From: Promethearchaeota archaeon | GTDB lineage: Archaea > Asgardarchaeota > Lokiarchaeia > Sigyniarchaeales > SOKP01 | Assembly (NCBI GenBank): GCA_019057795.1 | Contig: JAHLWS010000024.1 | Span: forward strand, 1-64,000 | Direction: 5' to 3' | DNA: 64,000 nt | The notes under the pieces: generated by a model | The model's input: the letters and a program-made list of their open reading frames with translations, nothing else | Databases searched by the model: none | Told to the model about the DNA's origin: nothing | Shown: one piece after another, positions 18,833 to 29,514 of the stretch | How the letters are laid out: each line of letters starts with the position of its first letter | How positions within the stretch are numbered: the stretch's first letter is position 1 | Translations under genes and position numbers: made by a program

Positions 18833-20394
18833 GGGTATAACACCTTTTAGGTGATCATTAAATTTAAGTTTTTACTCATAGCCGCTTAGAACGGCTTGAA
18901 CGTAAATACGGTCGTTTTCGAGGTTTCTATACCCTTTTTTTTTCTTTTTATTACTTTTTATTAAATAACTATACAAAGGACGCCCCGCGAGATTTGTAAA
19001 TGGAATATATCCAGATTCCACAAGGAAAGTGTGAAGAGCGTATAATATATGTCCGTATTCCTTATCTCTCTGCTTTCTTCCTGCTCCGTTTCTTTTCACC
19101 TGTGAATTTTTACTTTCTATCTTGTTGGTGGTAATGTGTTTTCCTTTAAAAATTTTGAATATAGGAGTGAGCATCCGAATCATCCACTTTTTAGCGCCCG
19201 CACGGATGGATAACTTGTTAGTCTCGAAATTTACGAAAATTTTGGCAATACCTTCTTTCTGGAACGAATCGGATTGGTACTTCTCCAATTTTTGCCGCCA
19301 TCGTTCGTTCTTAGTTTCCGACATATCTGCTTTTCGAGGTCTGCCTCTCTTTTTCTGAATCTTGCCTTTAATGAACTTGATCTCCCACTTAAACGCGAGC
19401 TCATACTTATTGCGATAAAATACCTTCCAATGCGTGTAGATCTTATAATGTAAAAAGTGAGGACCAAGTTTTTCATATTTGCTGATGATAACCTCTCCAC
19501 GTTGCTTTTGGGTATGTAATTGAGCCACATGAATTACTTTACTACCGAATATCTTAGCAATTGATTTGTAAGAAGGCTCGCCATCGGTGATGAGGACTTT
19601 AAGTCTTTCTCTACACGCTTCAGGGATTTTGTGGAAAGCTTCAAGAATTGATGTCTTGAGATCGCCCTCATCTGCGAGTCCGATGGAAAGCGTTTCGAAT
19701 TCATTGTTGATAAATACAATTTCTGTATCAGAATTGCCTCGAGAACCCAAATATGTCTCATCTCCTAATATTACTCCTCTTGGAAGTGCTTTTAATTTCT
19801 GCTCAATTACCTCCGAATTCTGTTGGAAAGCTTGTGAAACAAACGATTTTTTAAATTGACTTAACTTTTGTTGAGGAATTCCCCATTGTTTTGCCACTCC
19901 AGTGAGCGGAAACTTTAAAATAAATAGCTCGTAAAGGATCTTTTTAATCATTTGTTGGTAAGATAATAAATTCCACATTTCAATATCCCTTCCAAACCGT
20001 TTCCCACATTTTGAACACATAATTCTATGCTCTCTTTTATATTCCAAATTGTTGAATCCATCCCATATGAGAGAACCTAAATGAGCGCATATTATTTGAG
20101 ATGTTGATTTTGAATTCAGTTTTTGTGGTCCAGAAAAAAGATTTATAGGTATCTTTTCATCTAAATTAGAATAAATTGTCATTTTAATACACCAATTTTT
20201 TATCTCTACTTATTACTGGGGAGAACTCCTATATTAATGTTTTCCTTGAGGTTGAGACCCCACACAGCATAAAGAATGATAGTTTGCTGAATGAAAAAAT
20301 AATACATCCAAGAGTTTAAATGGTATCAATCTAAATTTTTACTAAATAAGTAAAAGAAAAAAAATTTGGTTATCACCTAAAAGGTGTTAATACC
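18833..20394 (-). mobile_element. Complete 1562-bp insertion sequence, IS1595-like, with 23-bp imperfect TIRs and 8-bp target-site duplication GAATTATT
   Basis: Left TIR gggtataacaccttttaggtgat (18833-18855); right TIR atcacctaaaaggtgttaatacc (20372-20394); GAATTATT at 18825-18832 and at 20395-20402. Confidence 0.93.
18872..20182 (-). CDS. DDE transposase with N-terminal zinc ribbon/HTH (IS1595-like)
   Basis: CSKCGKRF; GDETYLG, ITDGEPSY, HITTNKIESKNS. Confidence 0.88.
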   Translation of the reverse strand: MTIYSNLDEKIPINLFSGPQKLNSKSTSQIICAHLGSLIWDGFNNLEYKREHRIMCSKCGKRFGRDIEMWNLLSYQQMIKKILYELFILKFPLTGVAKQWGIPQQKLSQFKKSFVSQAFQQNSEVIEQKLKALPRGVILGDETYLGSRGNSDTEIVFINNEFETLSIGLADEGDLKTSILEAFHKIPEACRERLKVLITDGEPSYKSIAKIFGSKVIHVAQLHTQKQRGEVIISKYEKLGPHFLHYKIYTHWKVFYRNKYELAFKWEIKFIKGKIQKKRGRPRKADMSETKNERWRQKLEKYQSDSFQKEGIAKIFVNFETNKLSIRAGAKKWMIRMLTPIFKIFKGKHITTNKIESKNSQVKRNGAGRKQRDKEYGHILYALHTFLVESGYIPFTNLAGRPLYSYLIKSNKKKKKGYRNLENDRIYVQAVLSGYE

Positions 20395-20409
20395 GAATTA
20401 TTTTAATAA

Positions 20410-20808
20410 CTATTTCTTTTCTTCTCTTAGATAGAAAAAGGTATTGAAGACCACTAATACTATCATTACTATGGTGTCTAACCAATGAAAGACGAGATTA
20501 GTTGCTGAGCGAATTAAGTATATATTAGAGGTAAGATTGACAAGGACTAATATAATAAGCAACATAATTGCAAACAGGAAAAACAATTTGATATAATCCC
20601 AATCTCCCTTAATTATTCCAAGCAAAACTGGAATTCCAAGAGCGATTAGGGCTCCACCAAAAAGACGCCAAAAGTGAGGGTCAAAATAGGGCGCATCATT
20701 AAGAGAATAAACAGCTTCAGGAAGAAACACATACATTATACCATAGACAAATGCGACTATCATGTTAATAATTAACACAATTTTCATTTCTTTTGAGAAT
20801 TCTGCCAT
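20410..20808 (-). CDS. Small four-TM membrane protein
   Basis: 132 aa with four hydrophobic segments. Confidence 0.8.
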   Translation of the reverse strand: MAEFSKEMKIVLIINMIVAFVYGIMYVFLPEAVYSLNDAPYFDPHFWRLFGGALIALGIPVLLGIIKGDWDYIKLFFLFAIMLLIILVLVNLTSNIYLIRSATNLVFHWLDTIVMIVLVVFNTFFYLREEKK

Positions 20809-21000
20809 AATTTATATACCTTGAATTTAGTTTTTTAACAAAATTATAAAAAATTATTATAAATAATATGCAAGATGCATATAAAAGTTTTTACAAAAAA
20901 GTAAATCAAAGTGCAATAATGATTTATTCTTTTACATGATTCTAACCCATATTTTTAGCTTTTTTATTATTTAACAACTAAAAAACACATAAATTCAAAA

Positions 21001-21150
21001 AGAAAAAAAAGATATATAGAATAGGAGGATGATTGGTCTGAGTTGAATCAAACCAAACTCAATCCTCCGTTCTATATACAGATTAAAGATTTCAACCCTC
21101 GATGAGACTTTCTCTTCTTAAGTGCTATCTCTTTCCTATGGATACTCAAT
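21001..21150 (-). ncRNA. Candidate structured small transcript (sRNA, or leaderless 25-codon sORF with 3' hairpin)
   Basis: TATA-like CTATAAATA (21179-21171) with an A-run upstream; long hairpin 21013-21078; oligo-T end at 21001-21010 on the minus strand. Confidence 0.4.
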
Positions 21151-21328
21151 AAGAAGTGAGGATTTAATTCTATTTATAGTTTTTATTGTTGAACATTCAT
21201 GGAAGTTCCGAATCGTAATGGAATTAAGACTATTCAAATGAATAGAAAATAAGATTTTATAACTTCTCATGGGTATTCTGAGAAGAATAAAGCAGTCTAG
21301 TAAACACAATAAGGCAAAAAATTTTGAA

Positions 21329-22036
21329 TTATTTGAGTATGAAATATAATCTCCTATTATTTTTTCCTTTATTTACAGTCTTAATAATTTCAATTTCGCC
21401 TACTTCTTTTAGACTTTTAATGTGGGTTCCACCATCTACTTGTTTATCGATGTCTCCAATTTTAACTATGCGAAATTCTTGTAAATCTTTAGGTAAGCCA
21501 ACAGCTAACCTTGCAAGTTCGGGTTCTTCTAATACTGCGGCTCTAGACATCGTTTCAATAGTGATTGGGAGGTCTTGTTTAATTATTTCGTTTGATTCCT
21601 CGACATAGGTTCGCAACTTTTCGGGTGAATAATCCTCCATTGAGAAATCCATTCTTGCTTTATCTAATTCAATCTGATTACCCGTGATTTTAGCGTTCGC
21701 TCTTCGGAATAGTAGGTTTGAGATGAGATGGCAAGCAGTATGATATCGCATGTATGTATATCGCCTTTCCCAATCGATTTCGCATTTAACCAAGTCTCCT
21801 TTTTTTAATCCCGGTTTTTCTACTTCGTGGCTAATTTCTCCAGAAAATTTGCCTACATAAACAACCTTGAATTTTTCACCGTCTTTAGTTATATAACCCT
21901 CGTCCCATGGTTGACCGCCTCCTTTAGGGTAAAAGGCTGTTTTATCAAGGACAATATATTTATCATCTTTCACAGAAACAACTTTAGCGTCCCAATTCTT
22001 TAAATAGGAATCTTTCATGTATAATGCTTCAGTCAT
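21329..22036 (-). CDS. alaX: Alanyl-tRNA editing protein AlaX-M
   Basis: FYPKGGGQPWDEG, MRYHTACH, DGGTH. The ATG at 22036 (MTEALY) is the more likely start than the TTG at 22090. Confidence 0.92.
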   Translation of the reverse strand: MTEALYMKDSYLKNWDAKVVSVKDDKYIVLDKTAFYPKGGGQPWDEGYITKDGEKFKVVYVGKFSGEISHEVEKPGLKKGDLVKCEIDWERRYTYMRYHTACHLISNLLFRRANAKITGNQIELDKARMDFSMEDYSPEKLRTYVEESNEIIKQDLPITIETMSRAAVLEEPELARLAVGLPKDLQEFRIVKIGDIDKQVDGGTHIKSLKEVGEIEIIKTVNKGKNNRRLYFILK

Positions 22037-22186
22037 AAAGTATAAAAAAGTAGTTACACTTATAATTTTATTCTTAAGAGTTTCGGCCAATTATCCAAAA
22101 TCTCTAAAATTCAACTAGTTCTTAAAAATAACTAGTAAGAATGTTAAATCGATGAAAAATTTTAAATTTAGATAAATTTTTTTATT

Positions 22187-22339
22187 TTAATCTTTTTCAT
22201 AGAGTTCTCCGGGTTTTGCACCACAAAAAGCTTCAATCTTCATAAATTTCATTTCTTTGGAGCAATTAGGGCAGAAATATTTATCAGGCTCTTTATCTGT
22301 AAATGAATACCCACATTCTTTACAAACTACCGCGTTCAT
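22187..22339 (-). CDS. 50-aa zinc-ribbon/rubredoxin-like microprotein (not in ORF track)
   Basis: MNAVVCKECGYSFTDKEPDKYFCPNCSKEMKFMKIEAFCGAKPGELYEKD; CxxCG...CPxC. Confidence 0.8.
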   Translation of the reverse strand: MNAVVCKECGYSFTDKEPDKYFCPNCSKEMKFMKIEAFCGAKPGELYEKD

Positions 22340-22571
22340 AGTATTTTAATCACGAATTAACTTTTAAAATGTTCTTATTATAAAATAGAAATCATCTAAG
22401 CCTTATTTAAATAAAAGATAAGACTTATTTGTTTTTTTTAATAATTTAAAAAAAAGATAGTGTATTATAATTTTTATCACTCATCTTTAATATCCTTGTA
22501 TAATTATATGAAAGATAAATGTTTTTAGGAGAATTTAAAAGAATTATTATTTATCCTTAGTTGATGAATCT

Positions 22572-23543
22572 ATGCTTTATTTTTTATTTCTTTATCAAAT
22601 TGAATCAGGAGAATTACTTTATGAGAAAGATTTCCAAGCAGATATTGATTCTCATATGGACCTATTTGGCTCTTTTTTTTCTGCATTAAAATTATTTGTT
22701 TCTGAAATAGCAGATGATAGTACAGGGGATTTAAAAACAATTGGATTAGGGCATTTAGTTGCTTCTATAATTAGGATACTAGAAGCCAACATTGACTTAG
22801 TGATAATCGCAGAAAATGATGATAAAAAAGAAATTCAAAAGTTAAGTTCAAAACTTAAAAGCATTGTTTTAAATTATAAAGAGTTATTCTTAGTTAACGC
22901 CGTTAAATCGGAAGATTTCGAAAAATTTGATAAAGAAATTAATGAAATCATACTTTCCCATCGAAAAATATTAGATCCTAATTTATTAATTGAAAAACAG
23001 AAAGATTTATTAAAAACTATATGGCATCAGAGAGGAAAAATTTCAGATCAACTAAGAGACAGAAGAAAAGATTTAGAAAACGAGAGAACAATTATAATTA
23101 ATAAACTTCTAAAAGAAGATAATGTTTTAAAAAAATTTTCCTTATGCAAACTAATACTAGAGCTCTCAGATAAGCTTGAAGACGAACAATTCTTTTTAGA
23201 GTACGAAAAAAAGGAAAAAATTATAGCGAATCAAATCAATGACCAGAAAATACGATTAAAATATTATCTAAACCGAGTCAAGGAATCGTTAAAAGGAGCC
23301 TCAAGTGCTTTCAGAGAAAGGACACTAATAGAAGGTGATTTTAAAGAAGTTTACACGAATCTGTACTCTTTTAGTTCAAAATTAAAAAATTTTGCTTCTG
23401 TAGAAGTTTACGAGAAATACTATCATTTAGCGAGCAAATTAATACTCAGAAAAGGGATCACTCCTGAAGAGTTTTCATTGGTAATTGACGAGATAAGCAA
23501 TATGGACGAAAATGTTGAATCCTATTTTCACATTGGAATTTGA
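22572..23543 (+). CDS. Longin-like domain protein with helical C-terminus (Asgard-type)
   Basis: N-terminal beta-beta-helix pattern LFLYQIESGELLYEKDF...DLFGSFFSALKLFVSEI, typical of Asgard longin domains. Confidence 0.7.
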   Translation: MLYFLFLYQIESGELLYEKDFQADIDSHMDLFGSFFSALKLFVSEIADDSTGDLKTIGLGHLVASIIRILEANIDLVIIAENDDKKEIQKLSSKLKSIVLNYKELFLVNAVKSEDFEKFDKEINEIILSHRKILDPNLLIEKQKDLLKTIWHQRGKISDQLRDRRKDLENERTIIINKLLKEDNVLKKFSLCKLILELSDKLEDEQFFLEYEKKEKIIANQINDQKIRLKYYLNRVKESLKGASSAFRERTLIEGDFKEVYTNLYSFSSKLKNFASVEVYEKYYHLASKLILRKGITPEEFSLVIDEISNMDENVESYFHIGI

Positions 23544-23651
23544 ACCATTACCCTAAAACCCTTGCGGGGGTTGTCAACACACATCTAATATTTTTATGTA
23601 TGTCTCATTCAAAAAAGGGTATATTATATACATTTAAGTGAATTCTATTTA

Positions 23652-23762
23652 TCATTTGAATCTCAACGTAAAAAAGCGCGCAAATTTTTTGCATACTTTA
23701 CAATAGTAATAACCTTCTTCTGTACCAATTGTTTTAGTTTTACATTTCAGACAAAATATCAT
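23652..23762 (-). CDS. 36-aa zinc-ribbon microprotein (not in ORF track)
   Basis: MIFCLKCKTKTIGTEEGYYYCKVCKKFARFFTLRFK; CxxC-x13-CxxC. Confidence 0.65.
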   Translation of the reverse strand: MIFCLKCKTKTIGTEEGYYYCKVCKKFARFFTLRFK

Positions 23763-23944
23763 TCTAAATCAATTGTTAAAAGTTGCGATTTATTTTAAAG
23801 TTTGAAATTATAGGAAAAAAGTACGCTTAAATTTTGATTGATATTTAAAATAGTAAGGAATATAATGTAAAACTATAAATTTTAAATAATTTAATATAAA
23901 TCTCAGAGATATCAATTTGAAAAATAACCGAATTTTTTATTCAA

Positions 23945-24985
23945 GTGAAGCGCATGAAATTTGTTGAATATAAGAACGAAAAATTTGAAATTAAGAATGG
24001 TTTTCTAGATCTTGGTTTATTAGAAATTAAAGATATCTCTGAAATTGAAGGTTTAGACAAAGTTGATATAACTCATCTAGAACTCAGTTCAAATGAGATT
24101 ACGGAAATAAAAGGATTGGAAACGCTTCAGAACCTAGAAGTATTAAATTGCGGAAGCAATAATCTTACTGAAATTTCGGGATTAGACGAATTAGTAAACC
24201 TGAAAATCTTGCATTTAGCATCAAATCAAATTGCAGAAATAAATGGGCTAGATAGTCTTACTGAGTTAAAGGAATTATATTTAAGAGGGAATCAAATTAA
24301 TCAGTTGAGCGGATTTAATTCTTTAACTTCGCTTCAAAAATTAGATTTGTCTTGGAACTTAATTAGTAATGTAGAAGGGCTTGAATTACAAACTTTAGAA
24401 GTGTTATGGCTTGCTGGAAATTCGCTAACAAAAATCGAGGGTCTTGAAGATCTTAAAAATTTGAAAGTTTTAAATGCGGCAGGTAATCAAATAACTGACA
24501 TTCAGGGGCTTAAAAATCTGAAAAATTTAAAAGATTTATATCTAAATGATAACCAAATACAAGAATTAAACGGTTTAGATTCTCTTACTCAGTTAGAGAC
24601 GTTGTGGATTACGGCAAACCAAATTGAACTGATTAAAGGTCTAGATAACTGTAAAAATTTACAAGTTTTAAATTTAAAAGATAATAAAATTCGCGAGATT
24701 AACGGATTGTATTCGTTAACGAAATTAAATAAACTTTTTCTTTCTGGGAACGAGATTACTTTCATAAAGGGACTTGAGACCCTTCAAAATTTAGAGACGT
24801 TAGATTTAGGAAATAATCAAATTAATCAGATAAAAGGGCTAGAATCTCTAATGAATTTAAAGGATTTATGGCTTAACGGAAATAAAATTCTCCAAGATTT
24901 GCTTGACCAGCTCGGGGGGCTTGATTCAAGTGGATGTGCTTTAGATCCAATAAAGTTTGTGGAATATTGTCTGATTAATTTATAA
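23945..24985 (+). CDS. SDS22-like leucine-rich repeat protein
   Basis: About 13 repeats of 22 aa, LxxLxLxxNxIxxIxGL; no signal peptide. Confidence 0.92.
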   Translation: MKRMKFVEYKNEKFEIKNGFLDLGLLEIKDISEIEGLDKVDITHLELSSNEITEIKGLETLQNLEVLNCGSNNLTEISGLDELVNLKILHLASNQIAEINGLDSLTELKELYLRGNQINQLSGFNSLTSLQKLDLSWNLISNVEGLELQTLEVLWLAGNSLTKIEGLEDLKNLKVLNAAGNQITDIQGLKNLKNLKDLYLNDNQIQELNGLDSLTQLETLWITANQIELIKGLDNCKNLQVLNLKDNKIREINGLYSLTKLNKLFLSGNEITFIKGLETLQNLETLDLGNNQINQIKGLESLMNLKDLWLNGNKILQDLLDQLGGLDSSGCALDPIKFVEYCLINL

Positions 24986-25200
24986 ATTCCTACTCTTGTA
25001 ATGAAATAAAACTATTCATATCGTTTGTTACTATATTACCTCTTAAACCGTATTTTTTTTTTAGTTTGATATATCTTAAACTTGAAGGATTTAAAATACA
25101 GAAAACTTAAATTATTCCCTTTTTAATCTTCGTACATGTTAGTATTTAAATATTTCTTCTTAGATTATATTGCTAATAATTATAAATTTAAAAAAAAAAG

Positions 25201-28200
25201 TTGATAGAATTGATAAAAACAAAATACTTTAAACGAATACTTTTGATTTCAATTTTTATGATATCTTGCGTCTATATTAATCCGGCATTATTCTCATCGA
25301 ACCAAGACCAAGATTCTACCGTTCTGGATGATTTTAGCCAAGAAGCACCTAAGTATAGTATTACTGGAGATCACCCATGGTGGGATCCCTCTTTTAGATC
25401 AAGACAGTTAATAAATATTACAAATCCATATTCAGAAAGCTTTGAAAATTTTGGAGTCTCTTTTGATTTTAATTATACTGATTTAGTTGCTGAAGATAAA
25501 TTAAATGCAAGCTTAAAAGATATAAGAATCATTGAATACATTGGAGAAGATCCCTTTTTAAGAAAATATTATTTCATAAAGGATTATCCTACCGATGATA
25601 TAGTAACTATTTGGTTTGATACAAACGCTACTGCAAGCACAACAGAAACTGACACTTATTTATATTACGGTAATAACGACGCAGAGATATTAACCAGTCA
25701 TTTTATGAATCAATCTTTAGATGATGCTGCAAATAATTTCGGATGGATTAGAAATGGTAATTTTGAACTTGACCCAGTGGGTCAAGGAACCAACCCATTA
25801 CTTGATAGTGTGTTTGGATGGTATTGGTCAGACGACCTTCCTGACTCAGATTATCCAGATTATGACCCGCCTGCCCCAGGGTCTAATTATCAGCATAATT
25901 TATCTACTTATACGGGCCAACATGAACAAGTATATGAAGGCACTTATTCATTTAAATGGGGTAATACAGCTCATCGTGTTGATACGGGTGTAACTGGAAA
26001 TGATTTTATTGGAACTTTATTTTGCACTCCTTTTGTCGTTCCAAAAGTATCTGGTGGATCAAATAAAATTTATATACAAGCTTGGCGTAATATTAGGGTA
26101 TACGATCATGGACCGAAGTATATGGGATATTACTTAAAGATTTCTAATAATTTCAATGAAGATGTGAATATAGGACATGACTCATATCCAAGTACTACAT
26201 ATTCTAGTGGGGAGGTAGAAAGTTGGGAGAGTATAGGGAAGAACGAGGATGAAACAGTGCTTAAGGATAATTTTCTTATTCTTGATGATGCTAATACTGG
26301 AATATTAGGCGAACTAACAGATATTATTTATATAGATGTCACTGACTATCAAGGTGAGACAATTTTCTTAGAATTTATAATGTACGGTGAAGAAAATCAA
26401 GTGGAAGCATTTGGGCAAATAGATGATGTAAGATTTAATTATACATTAGATGCAACTTTAAATCCAGAAATTGAAGAAAGAAGGGCAGATGTTACAATAA
26501 TCACTAGAGATATTGATGGTAGAATTGTTCCTAACGCTGAAGTTTCAATAGTGAACATGTCACTTCCGAGTCCAATTTTGGATACGAAAAATACATCATT
26601 AGACGATGCATCTGTTATTTTTACCGGCTTAGATTATGGAACATATAATATAACTGTTAATTATACAATCCCAAGTACGGGTATTGAAACAGTAGTATAT
26701 GATAGTAGTTTAATAGGGGGGAGAGATTTTTTAATTGATAAAACGAGGCATAATTTTACGATAATTTTGGATATATGGACTATAGATTTTGAGATTGTAG
26801 ACTCAAGTAGAGAGCCTTTAAATTATGGGTTTATAGAAATTTATAATATAACCGATACAGGCGAATTTTTAGATAACCTTACTCTTGATTCAGATGGAAA
26901 AGCCACTTTTCGATGGAAAAATCAGACAAGTTATTATTATCAAGTTTACTATAACAATATTGATTATAATCTTAATCCTATAGCGCTAAATGAAAGTTAT
27001 ATCTATAGACATAATTATGATAAAAAAGATGTGAAATACATAGAACATACATTAAACGTAAACCAGACAAATACAGCCACAGGAGATTTCTTTTCTGTTA
27101 GCGAGTATATATATACAAATGGGTCAAGAACTTTATTAAGCAACAAGAAAATAATTAAAGCAAACATAACATTAACGGGAATGGACGCACACCTCGACGA
27201 TGTCTCCATTTATTATATTGATAAATATAATTCAACACCAACAGAGGATAATCTTATTTTCTATAATGACAGTTATACAGACTCAGATAATAGTGATTTT
27301 ATTCAAATTGACATAAGAGAACCACCAATAAACCCGAGTAATTTAAAATTAGATGCTTACGAAGTCTTTGGTTTACTTATTGAAGTAAATGGCCAAAATT
27401 CGACTCAATGTAATGGAACGATTAAAATAGATCTTTTTGAAACTAATAATATTTATAATATTACAGCTTTAGCCAAGGTTAATATTCGTGTTATTGATTC
27501 AGTTGGAAATGAGGTTATAGGTTGCCTTGTAAAAGTAAATAGCACGATGATTTCGGAAGAGTTTTTTGAAACCACCTTAAGAACAAAAGAATTTGGTAAT
27601 GGGTATGCGTTCGGACAGATAAATACTGAATTGCCCTTATGGTTTTTAAAAGGTGAAACTTATAATTTTTCTTTAGTGTTTTTTGGAACACACAAAGATT
27701 TAATTGTAAATAATACTCAACCAAGTCAGTGGACACCCGAAGAGGGCGTTAATGTGTATTACTATAATTATACGGTCAATCAAGCGTCTAATCTAACATT
27801 TGAAATTTTTCTAGGAGTCGGCGTAAATATAAGTGATTATAAAACGAAATTTGAAAGTATGACTTTGGATGAAGATGTTATCTGGGGGCAAAATGTAACA
27901 GTTCAAGTTAATTTTTATTCAACTACTGATAATTGGCAAACTTCTGAACCAATCACCCTTCCAGCAGAAGTTATATGTTCTATTAAAGCTACAGGCCCTG
28001 GGAGTATTGTTCTTTTAACATTGAGTATGGAATCAAAATTAGGGAACGGACTTTTCGATGTTGAATTTAATTCCAGCCTTCTATCAGCAGGTGGAAGAGG
28101 TGAAGTTTATTCAATTATCATATCTGGAAGCAAAACAGGATATAGTAATCCTAATGATGTAAGTGATACAACTTTTATAGATGCTGTCCCAACTGTTCTA

Positions 28201-29514
28201 AAAATGCACGATTATTATGATTCTTTAATAGAAATTTCTGAATTCTCTCAAACATATGGTGAAAATGTCAATTTAACGGTTAAATATTATAATGATACAA
28301 ATTCCCCATTGAAAGAGGCAACGCTATCTTATGAATGGCTTTCTATGGATCCAGTTCTATTCTATGAGGATCCTAATAATGAGGGATATTATACTGCTAC
28401 TATTAATACTACAATTGCAGGAATTTGGGGTGTAAAATCGATTAAAGTAACTGCTAGTTTAGAAAATTATTCAACACAAACTTTAATAACCTCTATTAAT
28501 ATTGGAAAAAGACCTACAACGCTTAATGGCCAAGAAGATTTAGTATATATAAGTTCAAAAGTTTGGGTGGAAGATCCTCATAATTTCACTTATGAATATA
28601 AAGATTCGATAACAGGTAATTTAACTGGAGATTTAGATGTTGCCATTTTTTCTTGGCAAAAAATGGATGAGCTGGGAGAACCAATCGCCGGAATTGACGG
28701 TACTGGAATTTTAACTCAAAACGAAAGTAAAATATATACATTAGATTTCAAAACTGAACTCAAGAGCATCGGTTTTTATTTTTTATATGTAAACTTGTAT
28801 AAAGAAAACTATGAAGAAAGAGCTGCTCTTATTAATTTAGAGATATTATATCGCGAATTTGAGGTTAAATTAAATGTAACTCATCTAGATGGAAATCAGA
28901 TCAGTGTTGTTCAAGGAAATGATGTTGAATTTGTACTTTCTTTAACTGATCTAACAAGAAACAATATTTCTTTAGAAGGTGCGGCAGTAATATTAGATAT
29001 AAATAACGCATTATACACTTTAATAGAATCATCTCCAGGTGCGTATACATTAAATTTTACAACAGCAGATATCGATACCTTCTTTGCACCTCAACCATTA
29101 ACAGGAATCATAACAATTCAAAAAGCCAATTTCACATCACAAGAAATAAGAATTACTATAGTTGTACAAATGGAAGAAATATTTCCTGGCATGCCCGTGT
29201 TTTACTTTATTTTAATTGTTGCCTCTATTATTGGTATAGCTGGAAGTTTAATAGCTTATAGAGTTATTCAGCAAGCGAGAATTCCAAAGTTCGTCAAAAA
29301 AATCAGGAAAGTTAAAAGTAAGATAAAATCAAAAAAACCTATATCTGAAACTTATGCAATCAAAACAAAGAAACAAATGATGCTGAAATTATTCAGAGAA
29401 GATTGGAAAGCTTTAGACCTTTCCCTTGAAGATACATTAGGTACGCGTGATTTGAAATTAAAGACTATTCCATTGAAAGAGAAGAAATCCAAAAAAGGAG
29501 GCGATAGAGACTAA
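25201..29514 (+). CDS. Large single-pass cell-surface glycoprotein (DUF2341-like N-terminus, beta-sandwich repeats, C-terminal TM and basic cytoplasmic tail)
   Basis: Signal peptide; WW...R..I.I.N / DIRI / YLYYGN (DUF2341-like); many NxS/T sequons; TM FYFILIVASIIGIAGSLIAY followed by RIPKFVKKIRK. Confidence 0.85.
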   Translation: MIELIKTKYFKRILLISIFMISCVYINPALFSSNQDQDSTVLDDFSQEAPKYSITGDHPWWDPSFRSRQLINITNPYSESFENFGVSFDFNYTDLVAEDKLNASLKDIRIIEYIGEDPFLRKYYFIKDYPTDDIVTIWFDTNATASTTETDTYLYYGNNDAEILTSHFMNQSLDDAANNFGWIRNGNFELDPVGQGTNPLLDSVFGWYWSDDLPDSDYPDYDPPAPGSNYQHNLSTYTGQHEQVYEGTYSFKWGNTAHRVDTGVTGNDFIGTLFCTPFVVPKVSGGSNKIYIQAWRNIRVYDHGPKYMGYYLKISNNFNEDVNIGHDSYPSTTYSSGEVESWESIGKNEDETVLKDNFLILDDANTGILGELTDIIYIDVTDYQGETIFLEFIMYGEENQVEAFGQIDDVRFNYTLDATLNPEIEERRADVTIITRDIDGRIVPNAEVSIVNMSLPSPILDTKNTSLDDASVIFTGLDYGTYNITVNYTIPSTGIETVVYDSSLIGGRDFLIDKTRHNFTIILDIWTIDFEIVDSSREPLNYGFIEIYNITDTGEFLDNLTLDSDGKATFRWKNQTSYYYQVYYNNIDYNLNPIALNESYIYRHNYDKKDVKYIEHTLNVNQTNTATGDFFSVSEYIYTNGSRTLLSNKKIIKANITLTGMDAHLDDVSIYYIDKYNSTPTEDNLIFYNDSYTDSDNSDFIQIDIREPPINPSNLKLDAYEVFGLLIEVNGQNSTQCNGTIKIDLFETNNIYNITALAKVNIRVIDSVGNEVIGCLVKVNSTMISEEFFETTLRTKEFGNGYAFGQINTELPLWFLKGETYNFSLVFFGTHKDLIVNNTQPSQWTPEEGVNVYYYNYTVNQASNLTFEIFLGVGVNISDYKTKFESMTLDEDVIWGQNVTVQVNFYSTTDNWQTSEPITLPAEVICSIKATGPGSIVLLTLSMESKLGNGLFDVEFNSSLLSAGGRGEVYSIIISGSKTGYSNPNDVSDTTFIDAVPTVLKMHDYYDSLIEISEFSQTYGENVNLTVKYYNDTNSPLKEATLSYEWLSMDPVLFYEDPNNEGYYTATINTTIAGIWGVKSIKVTASLENYSTQTLITSINIGKRPTTLNGQEDLVYISSKVWVEDPHNFTYEYKDSITGNLTGDLDVAIFSWQKMDELGEPIAGIDGTGILTQNESKIYTLDFKTELKSIGFYFLYVNLYKENYEERAALINLEILYREFEVKLNVTHLDGNQISVVQGNDVEFVLSLTDLTRNNISLEGAAVILDINNALYTLIESSPGAYTLNFTTADIDTFFAPQPLTGIITIQKANFTSQEIRITIVVQMEEIFPGMPVFYFILIVASIIGIAGSLIAYRVIQQARIPKFVKKIRKVKSKIKSKKPISETYAIKTKKQMMLKLFREDWKALDLSLEDTLGTRDLKLKTIPLKEKKSKKGGDRD

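Noticed and set aside
21013-21080. SECIS element or H/ACA guide RNA
   Set aside because: There is an AUGA on the + strand but no opposing GA to form the quartet, no nearby in-frame UGA gene, and no adequate pseudouridylation pocket before the ACA.
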